The translations under genes and the position numbers were made by a program. From contig JAUFOQ010000016.1 in assembly GCA_040285855.1 (NCBI GenBank), positions 2,542,001-2,606,000 on the forward strand: a stretch of DNA of 64,000 bases, read 5' to 3'. This document shows positions 48,526 to 60,954 of this stretch, piece by piece (positions within the stretch are counted from its first letter, which is position 1; every line of letters begins with the position of its first letter). The notes beneath the pieces were generated by a model that ran no database searches, was not told where the DNA came from, and saw nothing but the letters and a program-made list of their open reading frames with translations. The DNA is from Eukaryota sp. GEM-RC1 (taxonomy: Eukaryota).

Positions 48526-49132
48526 TTTTACCGTTGGAAAATATCCCCTCAACGCCATTCCTTTCAAAATACTCAACTATATTTGACATGGAAAGTGGAT
48601 AAGAATGCAGCATCTGCGAAGCTTTGACATCCCCAGGGGATGATTTACCTCAATTCTCTTGAAAGTTCAAAGATCAAAGAAGCCGTTCAGCCACATGGTT
48701 ATGTAAATGGTTATATCAATAGTTAACCACCTTGAGACCGACCTGGTGATGTATCTATCTTCGGTAGATATGTTTGTCAGATCCATTTAGATAGATTAAG
48801 TCTAAGAAACTTTGTTCTGTGTAAGCAGTGTAAGCTGTGTAAGCAGTCGGTCTATCTAAGTGATGTAGCCCGTTGATGAAGATCATGATTATCTTTGTCA
48901 GATGACGCTATATGTCTCTTACAGCCTGTGAAAACAGGAGTGAATTTCATAATTGGGAGTACTAGTACGCATTTGTTATGAAATTCACAGTACTGTAGTT
49001 CTGGGAAGGAAAAATGAAATTCAAGAATCAAATATTCTTCTGTACAATGGCACCCCAAGATCTAGTACTCCGTCTCAATTTTGAAAGGAAGCTCCGCCTC
49101 CACATGTCGTTGCTGCTTCATCAGATCCCTTT

Positions 49133-50941
49133 GTGGCTGCGTTGTCCAATGCTCATCGTGAATCTCTGAAAGGAAAGACTTTGAACAAAGATACCAATGT
49201 CATGGATGAGGCTATGAATGAGTTTGCGACATTGCTTCTTTTGGATAAGCGCATGATGCTGTCTCCTGATGCCAAAAAGAAAAAAGGATATGCCGCTGAT
49301 CAAGTAGCTCAGATCCAAGCTGCTTTTGATGACGTCATCCGTTGGCAGAACAATCTCTACGGTCATGAACGTGCTCTCTTCACCCTTCGTATTATCCAGT
49401 ATATGGTCTACCAACGTGCTGTCAAGGGAGTTGGGCAACGTAGTCGTCTTGGTTTTACTTACTTGTTCCAACAACTCTACCCCGAATTCCCAGAAACTTG
49501 CACTGCCCTCCTTGAGCTTATCGTGACCAAATACGGCTCTTTTGGTGACTTAAACCGTCTTTATGCTGTCAATATGAAGGACACACAGACCGTTCAAACC
49601 CTTGCTAAGTTCTATGCCCTCCATATCACCTCCGATCTACAAACTCTCCTTGACATTGACATCTCCACCCTGAAACACTCTGAATTGCTGGACCTTTTGA
49701 AAGAGTCACTTGCTGGTCCAACACGATCTCTTAGTCTCTCTCTTGCCGGCAAATGGCTACCAAGAAAAGGTCATCAGTATAATGAGTTCAGATTCTTCAT
49801 TATTGACGCTCTGTTTGACACAAACTTTGCCATCAACAAGACATCTACTCCAAAGAAGTTGAACTTTTATGAGAAGCTTTACCGTATAATGTGCTCTTGT
49901 TTAAACAAACATTTAAACACCGTCGAGACCTTAATGTGTAACAAATCTTTCTCTCTCATTAATCCCTCCCATGTCCCTGCAGTTGCTTTAACTAAGATGA
50001 GGAAGGCTTTCTTGAACGAGAAACTAAAGGAGGAGGTTCCTGAATCACTTGAGGAAGCTGGTAATCGTCATCCAGAGGATTTGGATCGAGTGACGTGCAG
50101 GCAGAAGTTTAGAGAATACATCATTAATGGACAATTGAAAGGAGCTGCTCAGGATCTGCAGACACTGTCACGGTTGATAGGATCAAAATCACGTGGAATG
50201 TCTAAATTAGAAAAGAGCTTAATCAATCAACAATGGGAGTCGATGAGAGCTGATGTAGAAAAGCTCATGCTAGAAACTCCAAATGGTCGTCATGTTCTGC
50301 CCGTGATTGATGTGTCTGCATCGATGTCTGGCGCGAACGTCATGGATATCGCTGTTGGATTAGGCATAATGACGTCTCAAATGTCCACGATTCCCAATCA
50401 TTTTGTTACTTTTTCTGAAAATCCAACTGTCGTCCGGTACAACAACACTGATGACGTTTTCACAATCTTTGAAAATGTTAAACGCGCGCATTGGGGATGT
50501 GGTACCAATGTCGACAAAACTACCGATCTTCTACTGAAATTACTAATTGACAACAGCATCCCCCAAGACTACGTATTCACCTTAATGTATCTCACTGATG
50601 GACAGTTTAACCAAATGACCAATGATGGCAACACGTTTTACCAGAGAATGAAGGGGAAGTTTGAATCTGCTGGATATGCACTACCCAGAATTGTCTTCTG
50701 GAATTTGAATGCTAGAACCCCCGGATTTCCTGTAGATGGGAAGCAAGAAGGAGTGCAGATGGTTTCAGGTTATAGTCAGACGTTGTTGCAGCAAGTTCTG
50801 TCTGAGGATTTCACATTAGAGACTTTGAAAACACTTACCCCTGAGAAAACCTTGAAGGATTCACTAGAGAGCTTTGTAGATGTTGAGGAGTGTGTGTTGG
50901 CGATTGGAGAAGGAATTCTATCTGGAATGCCTCATGAATAA
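49133..50941 (+). CDS. DUF2828-family protein with C-terminal vWA domain; no in-frame ATG at the 5' end
   Basis: SLAGKWLPRK, VETLMC..VPAVALTKMRKAFL, DVSASM (MIDAS), TFSENP, WGCGTN, TDGQFN, GYALPRIVFWNL, MVSGYS. Confidence 0.85.
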   Translation: MAALSNAHRESLKGKTLNKDTNVMDEAMNEFATLLLLDKRMMLSPDAKKKKGYAADQVAQIQAAFDDVIRWQNNLYGHERALFTLRIIQYMVYQRAVKGVGQRSRLGFTYLFQQLYPEFPETCTALLELIVTKYGSFGDLNRLYAVNMKDTQTVQTLAKFYALHITSDLQTLLDIDISTLKHSELLDLLKESLAGPTRSLSLSLAGKWLPRKGHQYNEFRFFIIDALFDTNFAINKTSTPKKLNFYEKLYRIMCSCLNKHLNTVETLMCNKSFSLINPSHVPAVALTKMRKAFLNEKLKEEVPESLEEAGNRHPEDLDRVTCRQKFREYIINGQLKGAAQDLQTLSRLIGSKSRGMSKLEKSLINQQWESMRADVEKLMLETPNGRHVLPVIDVSASMSGANVMDIAVGLGIMTSQMSTIPNHFVTFSENPTVVRYNNTDDVFTIFENVKRAHWGCGTNVDKTTDLLLKLLIDNSIPQDYVFTLMYLTDGQFNQMTNDGNTFYQRMKGKFESAGYALPRIVFWNLNARTPGFPVDGKQEGVQMVSGYSQTLLQQVLSEDFTLETLKTLTPEKTLKDSLESFVDVEECVLAIGEGILSGMPHE

Positions 50942-52779
50942 ACATATTCCAGAGTAATTGTATTTTATGTTTTACACGATCAAAATTCCTAGCTGGAAGA
51001 GTTAACATTGATAAACGAGGATAATATCATAGTTTTTATATTAAATGGTATGCTTTCATTGTTTCTGTTGTGAACTTTATTCTTATGTTCAGACGTTATT
51101 ATTGCGTACGTAAGTAGTTTTCTTTATTGATTATGAATCCCGTTTACTATAAAACATAGCTTGAAATTATGAACGGCAAAAATAATTATTATTATTATTA
51201 TTATTATTACAAGCATAATTCCATAATATTGATAATTATAGCAATGATAGACCCAACAAATTTTGTAATGGAAAACAATCGAAACTCATCTACATGTACG
51301 TTTACTAGTGGTAATAATGAGGTTTGTCTTCTTCTTTGAGATCAGAATGCTCTGAAACGTTCTAACTTGCAATATATAGCAAAACACAAGACAATAATAG
51401 GTGTGTAATTTCGACAAATATGGTGAAAAAGAATATTTTTAGTATTATAGAAAAGATTATTATTTTAACGAATTATTATGGAAAAACTATATAATTTCAA
51501 GCTATGCTATAAAACATGGGATCCTTTGATTAGTAACAGAGTAAAAAGTATGTTTGTTTTGAAAAAAACGAATTTATGTGCGGAGAAAAACACACAACAA
51601 GAAAACAACAAATTAATAAACACTATTAAAACAAACTATCAAACGAACTACCTAATTCCGAAAAGTAGTTGCCTTCAACTTCCTTGTTCCAAAGAGATTC
51701 ACTCAGTAATTGAAACAGGGGAATCTTTGAATCAAGAACACTTCCATCGACAATGGTGGTTGAACGCAGAGCAAAACACCCCACTGGACTAGGTAAGACT
51801 AGACTCTTGCTTAGTAATCTTGGTGAATTAATGTATTCCTATTTCTGTTTTCCTAGAGTTTTCCTCGTTATAGTCGGAATTATAGAGTTCTTACGTGGCC
51901 ACCTACCCAAGAATGGCATTTTCCTCGAAAAACACTTTTTTCCACTGTTGTTTTTTATGAGTGTTTTTAGTTACACTAATCACCATTGGTCGTTTCCATA
52001 AGTCAAATGATTTGGACAAGTTTGATTGGCTCAAGTTTTTCAACGAGTCATTGATAACACATCTCTTCTGTTCCAAAGGACTTCTCCGTCTATCAAGCAA
52101 GGCATCACCATGTCTGCAGTAACTCAGGAACTTGTTCAGCCACTGGTTAAGAACAAAGATTATGTAATTGCTCTGGTCGAAGTGGATACTTTACTTTCGA
52201 AATTTGTTTCTGATACATCGCACAATCATTATAAGTGTCTCCGATATGCTGCTCGAAATCTAGTTTCTTGTGATGTTCGGATAGTTGTTTTAGTGACTGG
52301 AACTAGTATGGACTTAAATTCTTGAAAAGTAATGGGATTGATGAATATTAATAAATTGATACAATTGTTTAGTGTCTATTTATGAACATTTTTCAAAATT
52401 AAATTAGGGCCTTGTTATTGTGAAATGTACTTATTTTTGAAGAATAAGAACTGCAAAGTAGATCCCTATTTAATTTTGTGAAGCTGTATTCGGTAATTGA
52501 CTGTCAAAGAGAAGATTATCATTGTAGCTGTTTTGTGGTATAGATTGACATTGTTACCAATATTAAAACTTTGTCTTGTATAACAGATACTAGATCACAA
52601 TGATATTTCAAAATAAAAATACATTCCTTCACTCTTAGTCTCAAACAAGGAAAATGGGAAATTTTTCATGTATGTAAATTTTTTATTGAAAAACAATCAA
52701 AAACAAAGAAGAAGCAATTCAAGCAAGTTTTACACCGAAAAAATTAGAAAAAGATCTCATGGTCAGAAAGTTTTGTCTA

Positions 52780-53030
52780 AGAGGAAGATATGGTTTAGCA
52801 AAAGTACTCTCTTTTCTGCTGAAATTGCGCCTTGCAATAATGACACTGTGAAACAATTAAATAATCTTCATCCGAAAGATAAAATTGCTTGTAAGAAGCC
52901 TTCTTCTCATGTCTATTGGCGAGAAAAACCAATTACAGTCACTGAGTTACGGAAGTTTGTTTTAAAACTGCCAGCAGGAAAAGCCCCTGGTCCTTCTGGT
53001 ATAACATTTGATCTTATTAAAGCACTTTGG
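52780..53030 (+). mobile_element. Fragment of the pre-RT region of a CRE-type non-LTR element
   Basis: IAPCNNDTVKQLNNLHP..ELRKFVLKLPAGKAPGPSGITFDLIK. Confidence 0.65.
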
Positions 53031-53343
53031 TTTCCAAAATCCTACAATGTTGGTACTACTGAAGATCAGGTTCACCAGAATTACTCTGTCAAACCAAGAG
53101 AAGAAGAAAAAATGAACAGGAGAATGTCGACAAAGAAAGTAGATGTTTTCAATAGTTCCAGAGTAGAAGTTCTGCTGTTACGCTGAACGTGAGTTGCGCA
53201 CTCAAACTTTTTGCATCTGATAAAGTCGTAGAACTCACACATTAAAACTCAAAGGGAAAATAGAAAAAGATAAGGCAATGCGACACCTCAGATAAATAGG
53301 ATATACTACATATTCACTTAGGTGGAGTTGAAGTCTGCACTGC

Positions 53344-54540
53344 ATGACAATTGTTAATTTCTCGATTCTGTTCCAAATGGACCTCTTCGTTTATGAATCG
53401 AGTGGCATTCTAACTGAGTCTGTTTATACTAGTATCCCTTCTTCTCCTGGTTATCAATACAAACCCTTGGAGTTCTCCGCTCTTGATCGGGATAAAATCA
53501 TACAGTCACTATCATTTCATTGGTTTCAGCCGATCTTAGCCATACTACTCTCCGATGGAACCATTAAAATCAAAGATATAGTAACACACAATGATTTATG
53601 TGCTCTTGATGTCCTACACATACGACAACATCATGCTTTTTGTATCTCATGGCGTCCCTCCACTGCTCAAACTCTGGCTTGTTCAGTGAAGGGTGGTGTC
53701 ATCCTCTGGTTTTTTTCTTTAGCTTCTTCTCGTGTTTCTTGTGCTTCCAAATCAGTATCCAAGAACAGCATATCCTCTCTCTTTTCTCCCTATGGATCTT
53801 CTTATCTCTCCACATCTCCTTTAAACCCACCAACTTCCGTTTTCATTCCACTGCCTGGAATGAGTAAATCTCATGACGTGACAGGTCTTGATTGGTCTCC
53901 TGATGGCTCATTGTTAGCGTGTTACACCTCCTCGGCGATCTACTTCATCAACATTGCAACACGAGAAGTTCTTCGATCAGTAAGTGTATCCAAAACTCTT
54001 AAAACAGTGTTCAGCCTCTCCAACACCTTCCTAACAGTTTCCCCCAAGTCTTTCTCCATCATTTCCTCCTTCCCCTCCATTACCAAGAGCTCCTGGACAA
54101 TCCCCCGCCGTGATTCTTACTTTACTAGTTGTTCATGGCTGTCGAGCTCTAATACTGGGCTTTTGGCTGATGAGTCAAATGTGTGGGTGATTGACCATAA
54201 GGATGATCAGTTTTATCTGTATAATGAGCCTGTAAACGTTTCTCATTTCTTTGATTCAGGACTTTCCTATTTGGGAACTACGCCTAATATTGCTAATATT
54301 TCCATTGATCCTTCAGGTCGACGACTCGCAGTGACGTTCAAAGGCCAACATCACTTTTTGTTGTTTTCCATTTCTAGAAGGTATGATATTTCCTTTATTG
54401 GTAGAGTTGGATTTGATGAATCATGGGGATCACCTCAGAGTTTAGTTTGGAAAAGGGGATTTGAAGATGGAGCCTTGATTGCTGTTTCTTATGGCATTGG
54501 GGTAATTAAGCTTGTGCCATTGTTTTTCCAAACTTTATAG
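53344..54540 (+). CDS. AAAS: Aladin-like WD40 nucleoporin
   Basis: ISWRPSTAQTLACSVKGGVILW, VTGLDWSPDG, DPSGRRLAVTFKG and FEDGALIAVSYGIGVIKLVPLFF match Aladin-specific blocks. Confidence 0.8.
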   Translation: MTIVNFSILFQMDLFVYESSGILTESVYTSIPSSPGYQYKPLEFSALDRDKIIQSLSFHWFQPILAILLSDGTIKIKDIVTHNDLCALDVLHIRQHHAFCISWRPSTAQTLACSVKGGVILWFFSLASSRVSCASKSVSKNSISSLFSPYGSSYLSTSPLNPPTSVFIPLPGMSKSHDVTGLDWSPDGSLLACYTSSAIYFINIATREVLRSVSVSKTLKTVFSLSNTFLTVSPKSFSIISSFPSITKSSWTIPRRDSYFTSCSWLSSSNTGLLADESNVWVIDHKDDQFYLYNEPVNVSHFFDSGLSYLGTTPNIANISIDPSGRRLAVTFKGQHHFLLFSISRRYDISFIGRVGFDESWGSPQSLVWKRGFEDGALIAVSYGIGVIKLVPLFFQTL

Positions 54541-55297
54541 TGTTTTAGTCTTTTTTATATATATTTAATACGTATTCCTTTGCTTTAAAGAGATCTATAA
54601 ATCGGGTGTTTCTTGTTTTTTGTGGAAATTTATATTCTTCTTTGACTTTTCATTAGCAACATACTGAATAAACGGTAATCAACAGAGAATTCAGGACTTT
54701 AAAAACTTCATTCTAACACATACTGTATCACTTCAAACGATGATTTGCAAAAGAAAACGAATGTCCAACCGATTTGTCAACAGATGACGACAGACAAATG
54801 CAACAAGATAATATCACTATTTTTAGCAACCACTAGACAACGGAACCAGAGTTCTTAGACATCCGGTGGAAACTACATCTATATCTAGCCTTACTTCACA
54901 AAGTCTGCAACCTGGTGAACTCCAGGAACACTTTGAACTCTATTCTTGCTCACGGAAGTACAAACCGTTGATCTATAAGGAAAAGAAACACATCATCAAG
55001 ATTTGGTTGAACATAAAGAAGAGATAAGAAAGCTACAACAATGTACTGTGGAAGTTCAATGAAAGCAATGGAAACGGAAACCAGTGAAAGCAATGACTTT
55101 CTTTCAAATCATCAGTCATTCTCAAGTTCCAGATCATGTGCGTTTTACTTGCGAGTTACAGGTTTGCAGTCACTACTTTCGTATAATCCCAGAGTTCTTC
55201 CTCTCCCCTATCTCGTTTAGTATGAGATAGATCGAATAACTCTTTACTTGATCAGCCAAATTCTGTACCTGAAACTGAACCCAAACTTAGTCGAACA

Positions 55298-56370
55298 ATG
55301 TGTCATGATGAACGTGATAACACGATTCCTTCAATTGAATCCGAAACCCATCAAACTGCTCTCAATTCCTCCCTCCAATGCTCTACCTCCAGTTTCTCTG
55401 CTACTCTATATTCTGATTTGTTGAAATTAATAGAAACCAGATACTTTATGAAGAACGATGTTGAACTAGATGGCGTAAAATATCGAATCTTCAATAACCG
55501 AATCTATTCACTCAAAAACTTTGAATTACCGAATGCCTTGAATGCCAGAGGCACAATGTTCGAGATTCCTGATGAACCTCTCCAACCAATATTAAGGAGT
55601 TTACCCATGAAGAAGTTTTTAAATTTGGGGGAATTGAAAACTGTGCCCACAGGCCAAATGTTCGCTTCTGAAAAACGTGATGGCTCGCTAATTTCAACTT
55701 ATCTCCACAAAGGTTAGTTGAAATTAAAAACAAAAAACGCCATCATTTCCCAATTGGTTAAAGATACGTGAACTGTTGATGAAAATGATTGCAAAGTACG
55801 ATTGCACAATCGATCTGGAATTCACTTCCCCTGGAAAAATTGTTTTGCATTATCTTGAAACGAAATTAACCGTACTATGTGCGAGGTTTCATGAAACCGG
55901 AGAGTCCATCGATAGAACTCAAATGCTCAATTATTTTCCTAAATTAGCAAACTACATTGTTGATGAATATGTCGTTGATGAGACTTTCTTTTCAAAAGTT
56001 CCAGAAATGACTGACATTGAAGGATTTGTTGTCAGATGTGAATACTTGCGCTTGAAAGTAAGGACAAATGAGTATTTGGAATTGCACAAGATGTTTGACA
56101 AGCTGAACAAGAAGCTTTTTTTTGCAAAATAAATTGGACGATTACAGAAATCGTCAAAATGAACTAGTGATCAAAGACTTCGAGGAAAACTTTCTTCCAA
56201 AGTATGTTGATATTATTGACAAAACTGACAAATTCTATGAAGAAAACAAGCATTTATCTAGAAGAGACTACGCCATAAAGGCAAAAGCAGATCTCGGAGA
56301 TCTATTCAAATTTGCAATAAGCAAATTATTGAATAAGGATTCAACTTTAGCTTTTCAGGCGTTCTTATAA
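55298..56370 (+). pseudogene. T4 Rnl1-type ATP-dependent RNA ligase, disrupted
   Basis: YRIFN..LPNALNARGTMFEI..SLPMKKFLNLGE..EKRDGSLISTYL (motif I KxDG), LEFTSP, IVLHY, IEGFVV, LKV..EYLELHK; stop at 55715-55717 and later frameshifts. Confidence 0.85.
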
Positions 56371-58108
56371 AAAGGATCATTATTTTAAAAAAAATCATCA
56401 AGGATTGGTTGTTTGACAACAAACTAGAAATTATCATTGTCAACGAACTTGGGGTGAGACTTTTGTCTGAATTAAAGTGGAGTGTGGATTACTTCAACTT
56501 TACTTAACACTTTACAATACTTTAAGCCCGTACAAGTCATATTGCAAACTTGTTCTTCAATTCTCTCTTCATTTTCTCGTGATAACTCTGACACAAAATA
56601 CTTAACTCCGTCTCCTTTTTTTGCTTAACTCTTTGATCAGCAAATTTAAAATTTAACCAATTTTTGAAGAAACTGATTAAACTATGTTTAGAGGGAAGTC
56701 TTAAAGGGAGAGAAATTGTCATTGATGTGATTATAGTTCGTTATAGTTGATGTTTAAAGAGGCCAATTGTTGAAGTGTCCCCTGTTTATATTTCGGAACA
56801 TTTTACAAGAAACAAATACTATGTAGTATCTGATATGATGTGCCCTTGGCAGTTCAACGAAGTACATCGAGTACAAACTGTTTTATTCTACAATTTCTAT
56901 TTAAGGGCAGTTGGTAAGGATACTCTGGATCTTCTTTCTGATGTTGAAAAGGTGTTAAAAATAATTGACCAAGATGTTTGATCATGGAAACTCTTGCAGC
57001 TTTTACAGTAGATCTTTCCAAGGGGAAAACGCTTCGGTGCGGTTCAATGGTATTCAGTGCTGTTGTTTATGATATTGAGTTTTAGTTTTGGTTGTTATCT
57101 TATTTTAGTTGTCCCGTAATTAATTACAAGTTCTACTTGTGTTTTATTATTGTGGAATTTGTTTCTACGGTGATCAAAAGCAAAATAATTGATAGGGCTA
57201 GGGGATATTAAATTGCTGTAGATTGACAGCCTTCCAATGAACGCCGACTATTGAGGAATATATTGGTCATATTTCAAGAATGTTGTAAATGTTAACCTAA
57301 GATTATTGAACTGGCGTTAATTCTATTTCATTCAACACATTGTTGCCGTCCGTTGGCAGATTGAGGACGTGTCTGAAACAAAAACAGAGAACTTAAATAT
57401 GAAGTATTTTGATCTAAAAAAAATTTATAGTATGTACATTGTACTAGGCGAAGACGACAAAAATACATATTAATAAAAAAGTGAGAAACAAACTAACATG
57501 AAATAGCGTGCTTGACGACTCAATTCAATTCTTTTACAGCGAATTGACTGACTCAATCATCTGTTGCTCGAATCACATCAGAGAGAAAAAATCAAACGGT
57601 TTTGCCACATTGAAGATATTCTGAGAGTTGCTGATGTCAAATATGTACAATTTTTAAATCAGCTGTTCACAAACGCTTGTAGATTCCAATATTATTTAAC
57701 CGACAAACCCCTTTCATAAGAATTTAGACTGTTCTTCAAGAGATGAATTTCCTCTACTGTAAAATCATTATTCCAGCTCAAACCAGTGTATTTCCCGCAT
57801 CAATGTCATTTGATGATATTTCGTTCCTCTTTAATAACAATTTAACTCGCTAACATATACTTTTAAAGGACGACACTCACAGGATCCTCAAAGTCAACAT
57901 CATCATCACTTTTCTTCTGAATCCTCCATTCTTTTAATAAACCCCAGCTAGATATCAGTTCTTTTATGCAGTATTTACTGAATTGGTCTGATCTTGAAAG
58001 GTAGAATGGAGTGCCGAGAGTCTTTTAACGAGTTTACACTGGCTTCATTACAACTAAGGTACACTAGAAAAATGAACAAGTTATCTAAAAGTGTTTAACA
58101 ACTTCAGA

Positions 58109-59448
58109 ATGATGACAGTGGGAGCAAGAAACAAAAGGACTTTCGTTGCTCAAACAAAAAACAAAGGTTCGAGTAATAGAGGTAGAACAGAGAGAGATTT
58201 GACTCAGGTGTTGGAGTTGGATGTGCCATTACTGCATACGTGTTACACTGATCATGACAGCTCGAATGAATCGTCCGTTTTCCTTTCTGATTGGTCTCCT
58301 TCCAGATTAGATGTACCTTGCTCAAAATCTTTCAAATCAACACAAGTGTATTGCGCTTGTTCTAAGTTCCTTTCAGAAGTTCTTGTCTTCATCGATCGAT
58401 TCACTGGACACAAGAACCGCCCACGATTTTGTTACATTTTTCACGCAGTACTCGTGTGGCTTCCACGATGCGTTTGAAGAGGAGTTTATCTACAACAATG
58501 TTCTACAACTTGAGGAAGTTTTAGATTCCATCCTTGTCATGAAGTTTGAGCACACCAAACTTCGAAGTATGTTCCCCGTCATTGTCTTATCATAGCTCTC
58601 TGCAAGGAAATGGAGGAGGCCATCTCCGGTCCTTTATCCATCTTCAAGAATACCGCAACTCAGTACTTCAGTTGTCAGCTATTCCATGCTTATGTAGAAG
58701 ATACTCAACTGTTTCCAAAACTTGAAATGTATATGGGTGACTTCGATCTGCAACAGTCCAAATCTGACCTTAAGTCCCAAGAAAGTAACGTTGTTCATCT
58801 TGAAGCACTTGGTTATTCATTGGTAGCCAAATTCCTCCCCGAAAACGTTGAATACCACTTTTCGTGGGATTCCTTCACTAATAGTTGCTCAGCAAGTCTC
58901 GATCCTGTATTTGCACATTTGAAAAATGATCATCGACTGATTTCCAATGTGATGTCTTCCTTTGAGAAGAAATTTGAAACAGATACATCTCCAGAATCTC
59001 GAAAAGTCCATACCACTGTCTTACTCTCCTTCTTATCACACTACTTTCTTAACATACATTCAAAAAAAGAGTCCAATGTTCTGTTTCCCTTAGCCACTGA
59101 TCTCGGATTTCCTACTGATTTTGGTCCTCTATTCGTTTTAACAGCTGATCTAGAATATATTAGCGATATGATCGCTGATTGTCAAGATTGCGATCGAACG
59201 GATGATGACGATGATTGTATTTTGATCTCATTGCCGATGTTCGAACACACCTAAAGAAGAAATCCGGTGTTTTATATAGACTTATGAACTTTCACATTGC
59301 GGAACGCGGTTTTACTGATTCACAAAAGGTTTTAGCTGAATTTGAACTGCTTGAAGATAGTTGCCGTTCTCTCTATGATGAGCTTGATGACGTGTTTGTG
59401 TTTCTTCAGGATCATAATGACTGTAACAAATGTGACCCTGCCAATTGA
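58109..59448 (+). pseudogene. Tandem hemerythrin-like (HHE) domain protein, fragmented
   Basis: FHDAFEEEFIY..VMKFEH, HAYVEDTQLFP, HLKNDH, HSKKESNVLFP..GFPTDFGPLFVL and HLKKKSGVLY across four abutting ORFs. Confidence 0.7.
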
Positions 59449-60954
59449 GGTTTGTTAGTCAATTTTTGACAAGTGTTCCTGTTAGTAGTGGCCATTTTTG
59501 CTGTAAAAATTCTAAATTCGGAATAAAGTTATTATTAATTTTTAAATGTTGAACAATTTTGCTTTTTTTGATATTATTAACACGAAAAGCGGTTGATTTA
59601 CGATTTTCTGTGTTTCTTATGGATGTCACATAGGATTGAACAAACCATGAGAATCGGTTAAAACAGTCTACCCTTCTACATGACTAAGATGGAGATTTCC
59701 AACCAAACCCCTCTATGTACCAATAAAGAAGTTCATAGCATTAGACCATTGTTTTGACGACTGATCAAAAATTCTCAACACACTTTCAAAAAAAAAAGCA
59801 GCCATCGTTGCTTCGGTGCAGAGTGAACAGTTATATATGGGTCTTTATTGTTATATGAAATAAAAGCTAAAAAGAGGGCCATTCTACTGATGATACTGGT
59901 GGGTTCCCGTTCTCAGTAAGACGGCAGAGAAAGGGGTTAAAAGATAAGGCAGTGACACGTTGACAAATTTGATATCATTCTTGATGTTATAGAAAACAAA
60001 GAAGGCCTAGCTATGAAGAACACAAGACAGCAAGTACATCTGAGATAACTGAATGAGCATCACCACACAAACAGAAGGCTTGGAGGAGACAAAATCTCCT
60101 CCCAAAGGAAGAATCTGAAAGCGGAAATCTGATGAGAACGTCGTGTAGAAAGCTGTTAAAGAAATGAAAACGAAGATAGACCAGCAAAATCCGTCAACGA
60201 AGAGGGAGGATCATGTGGTTGCCTTCAAAACCAAGGATATTCCAACCCTATGGACTCATTTCATGTTCTTGGTGACTTCCTCCTCCAGCAAAACGTTTCT
60301 ACCAGAGACTTAGTCTGGTCACGGCAGAAAATGTTCCCTTAAAGACCGAATTGTGCCCGCATCCAATCTTGCCCTTATATATATCAAAACAGAGGACGAG
60401 AACAGAAGAAGAAATGTACAGTATACGATTAATCAAAATTTCTGTTCTTTTAGACACTCTTTCCAAGTCCCAAGCAGCCATCAATGGTAAGATAAAAATA
60501 CTTCACTGTGTGAACAAATCGATCAATATTAGTCTGGGTGGTAGCAGACTCAGAAATACACACAATTCAAAACAACAAGATAGCCACGATCATTAAGCAA
60601 TTGGGTAGTTTAACCTAATGACTAAAGTTGAAACCAGTTCATTGATGGAAGAGATGGTGGAGCGTCGTCTCAGGGTTATATATGGGACGATCCCTCTACA
60701 GGATGTAGGCAATTTACCAATAGTTGGGTGAATACCCATATGTTTTTCAATAATGACCACAGAAATTGAGAAATCTTAGAATCCGTTGTTGACTATACCG
60801 TCAATGAGGAAACTAGTATTAGATGTTTTTGAGAACATAAGTGTATTGAACGGAGATAAGTGAAATCTATAAAATAAAATATGAAAATAAACAACATTGG
60901 TCTTCTCTCTCTTCTTTTCAAGGGTAAGAATTTTGATTGGGGAATTGGAGCTAG

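Noticed and set aside
52026..52325. Possible P-loop ATPase remnant (VIALVEVD, VLVTGTS)
   Set aside because: Too short, no Walker A motif; cannot be supported.
59650..60800. Possible decayed transposase
   Set aside because: No recognisable motif, TIR or TSD found by eye.
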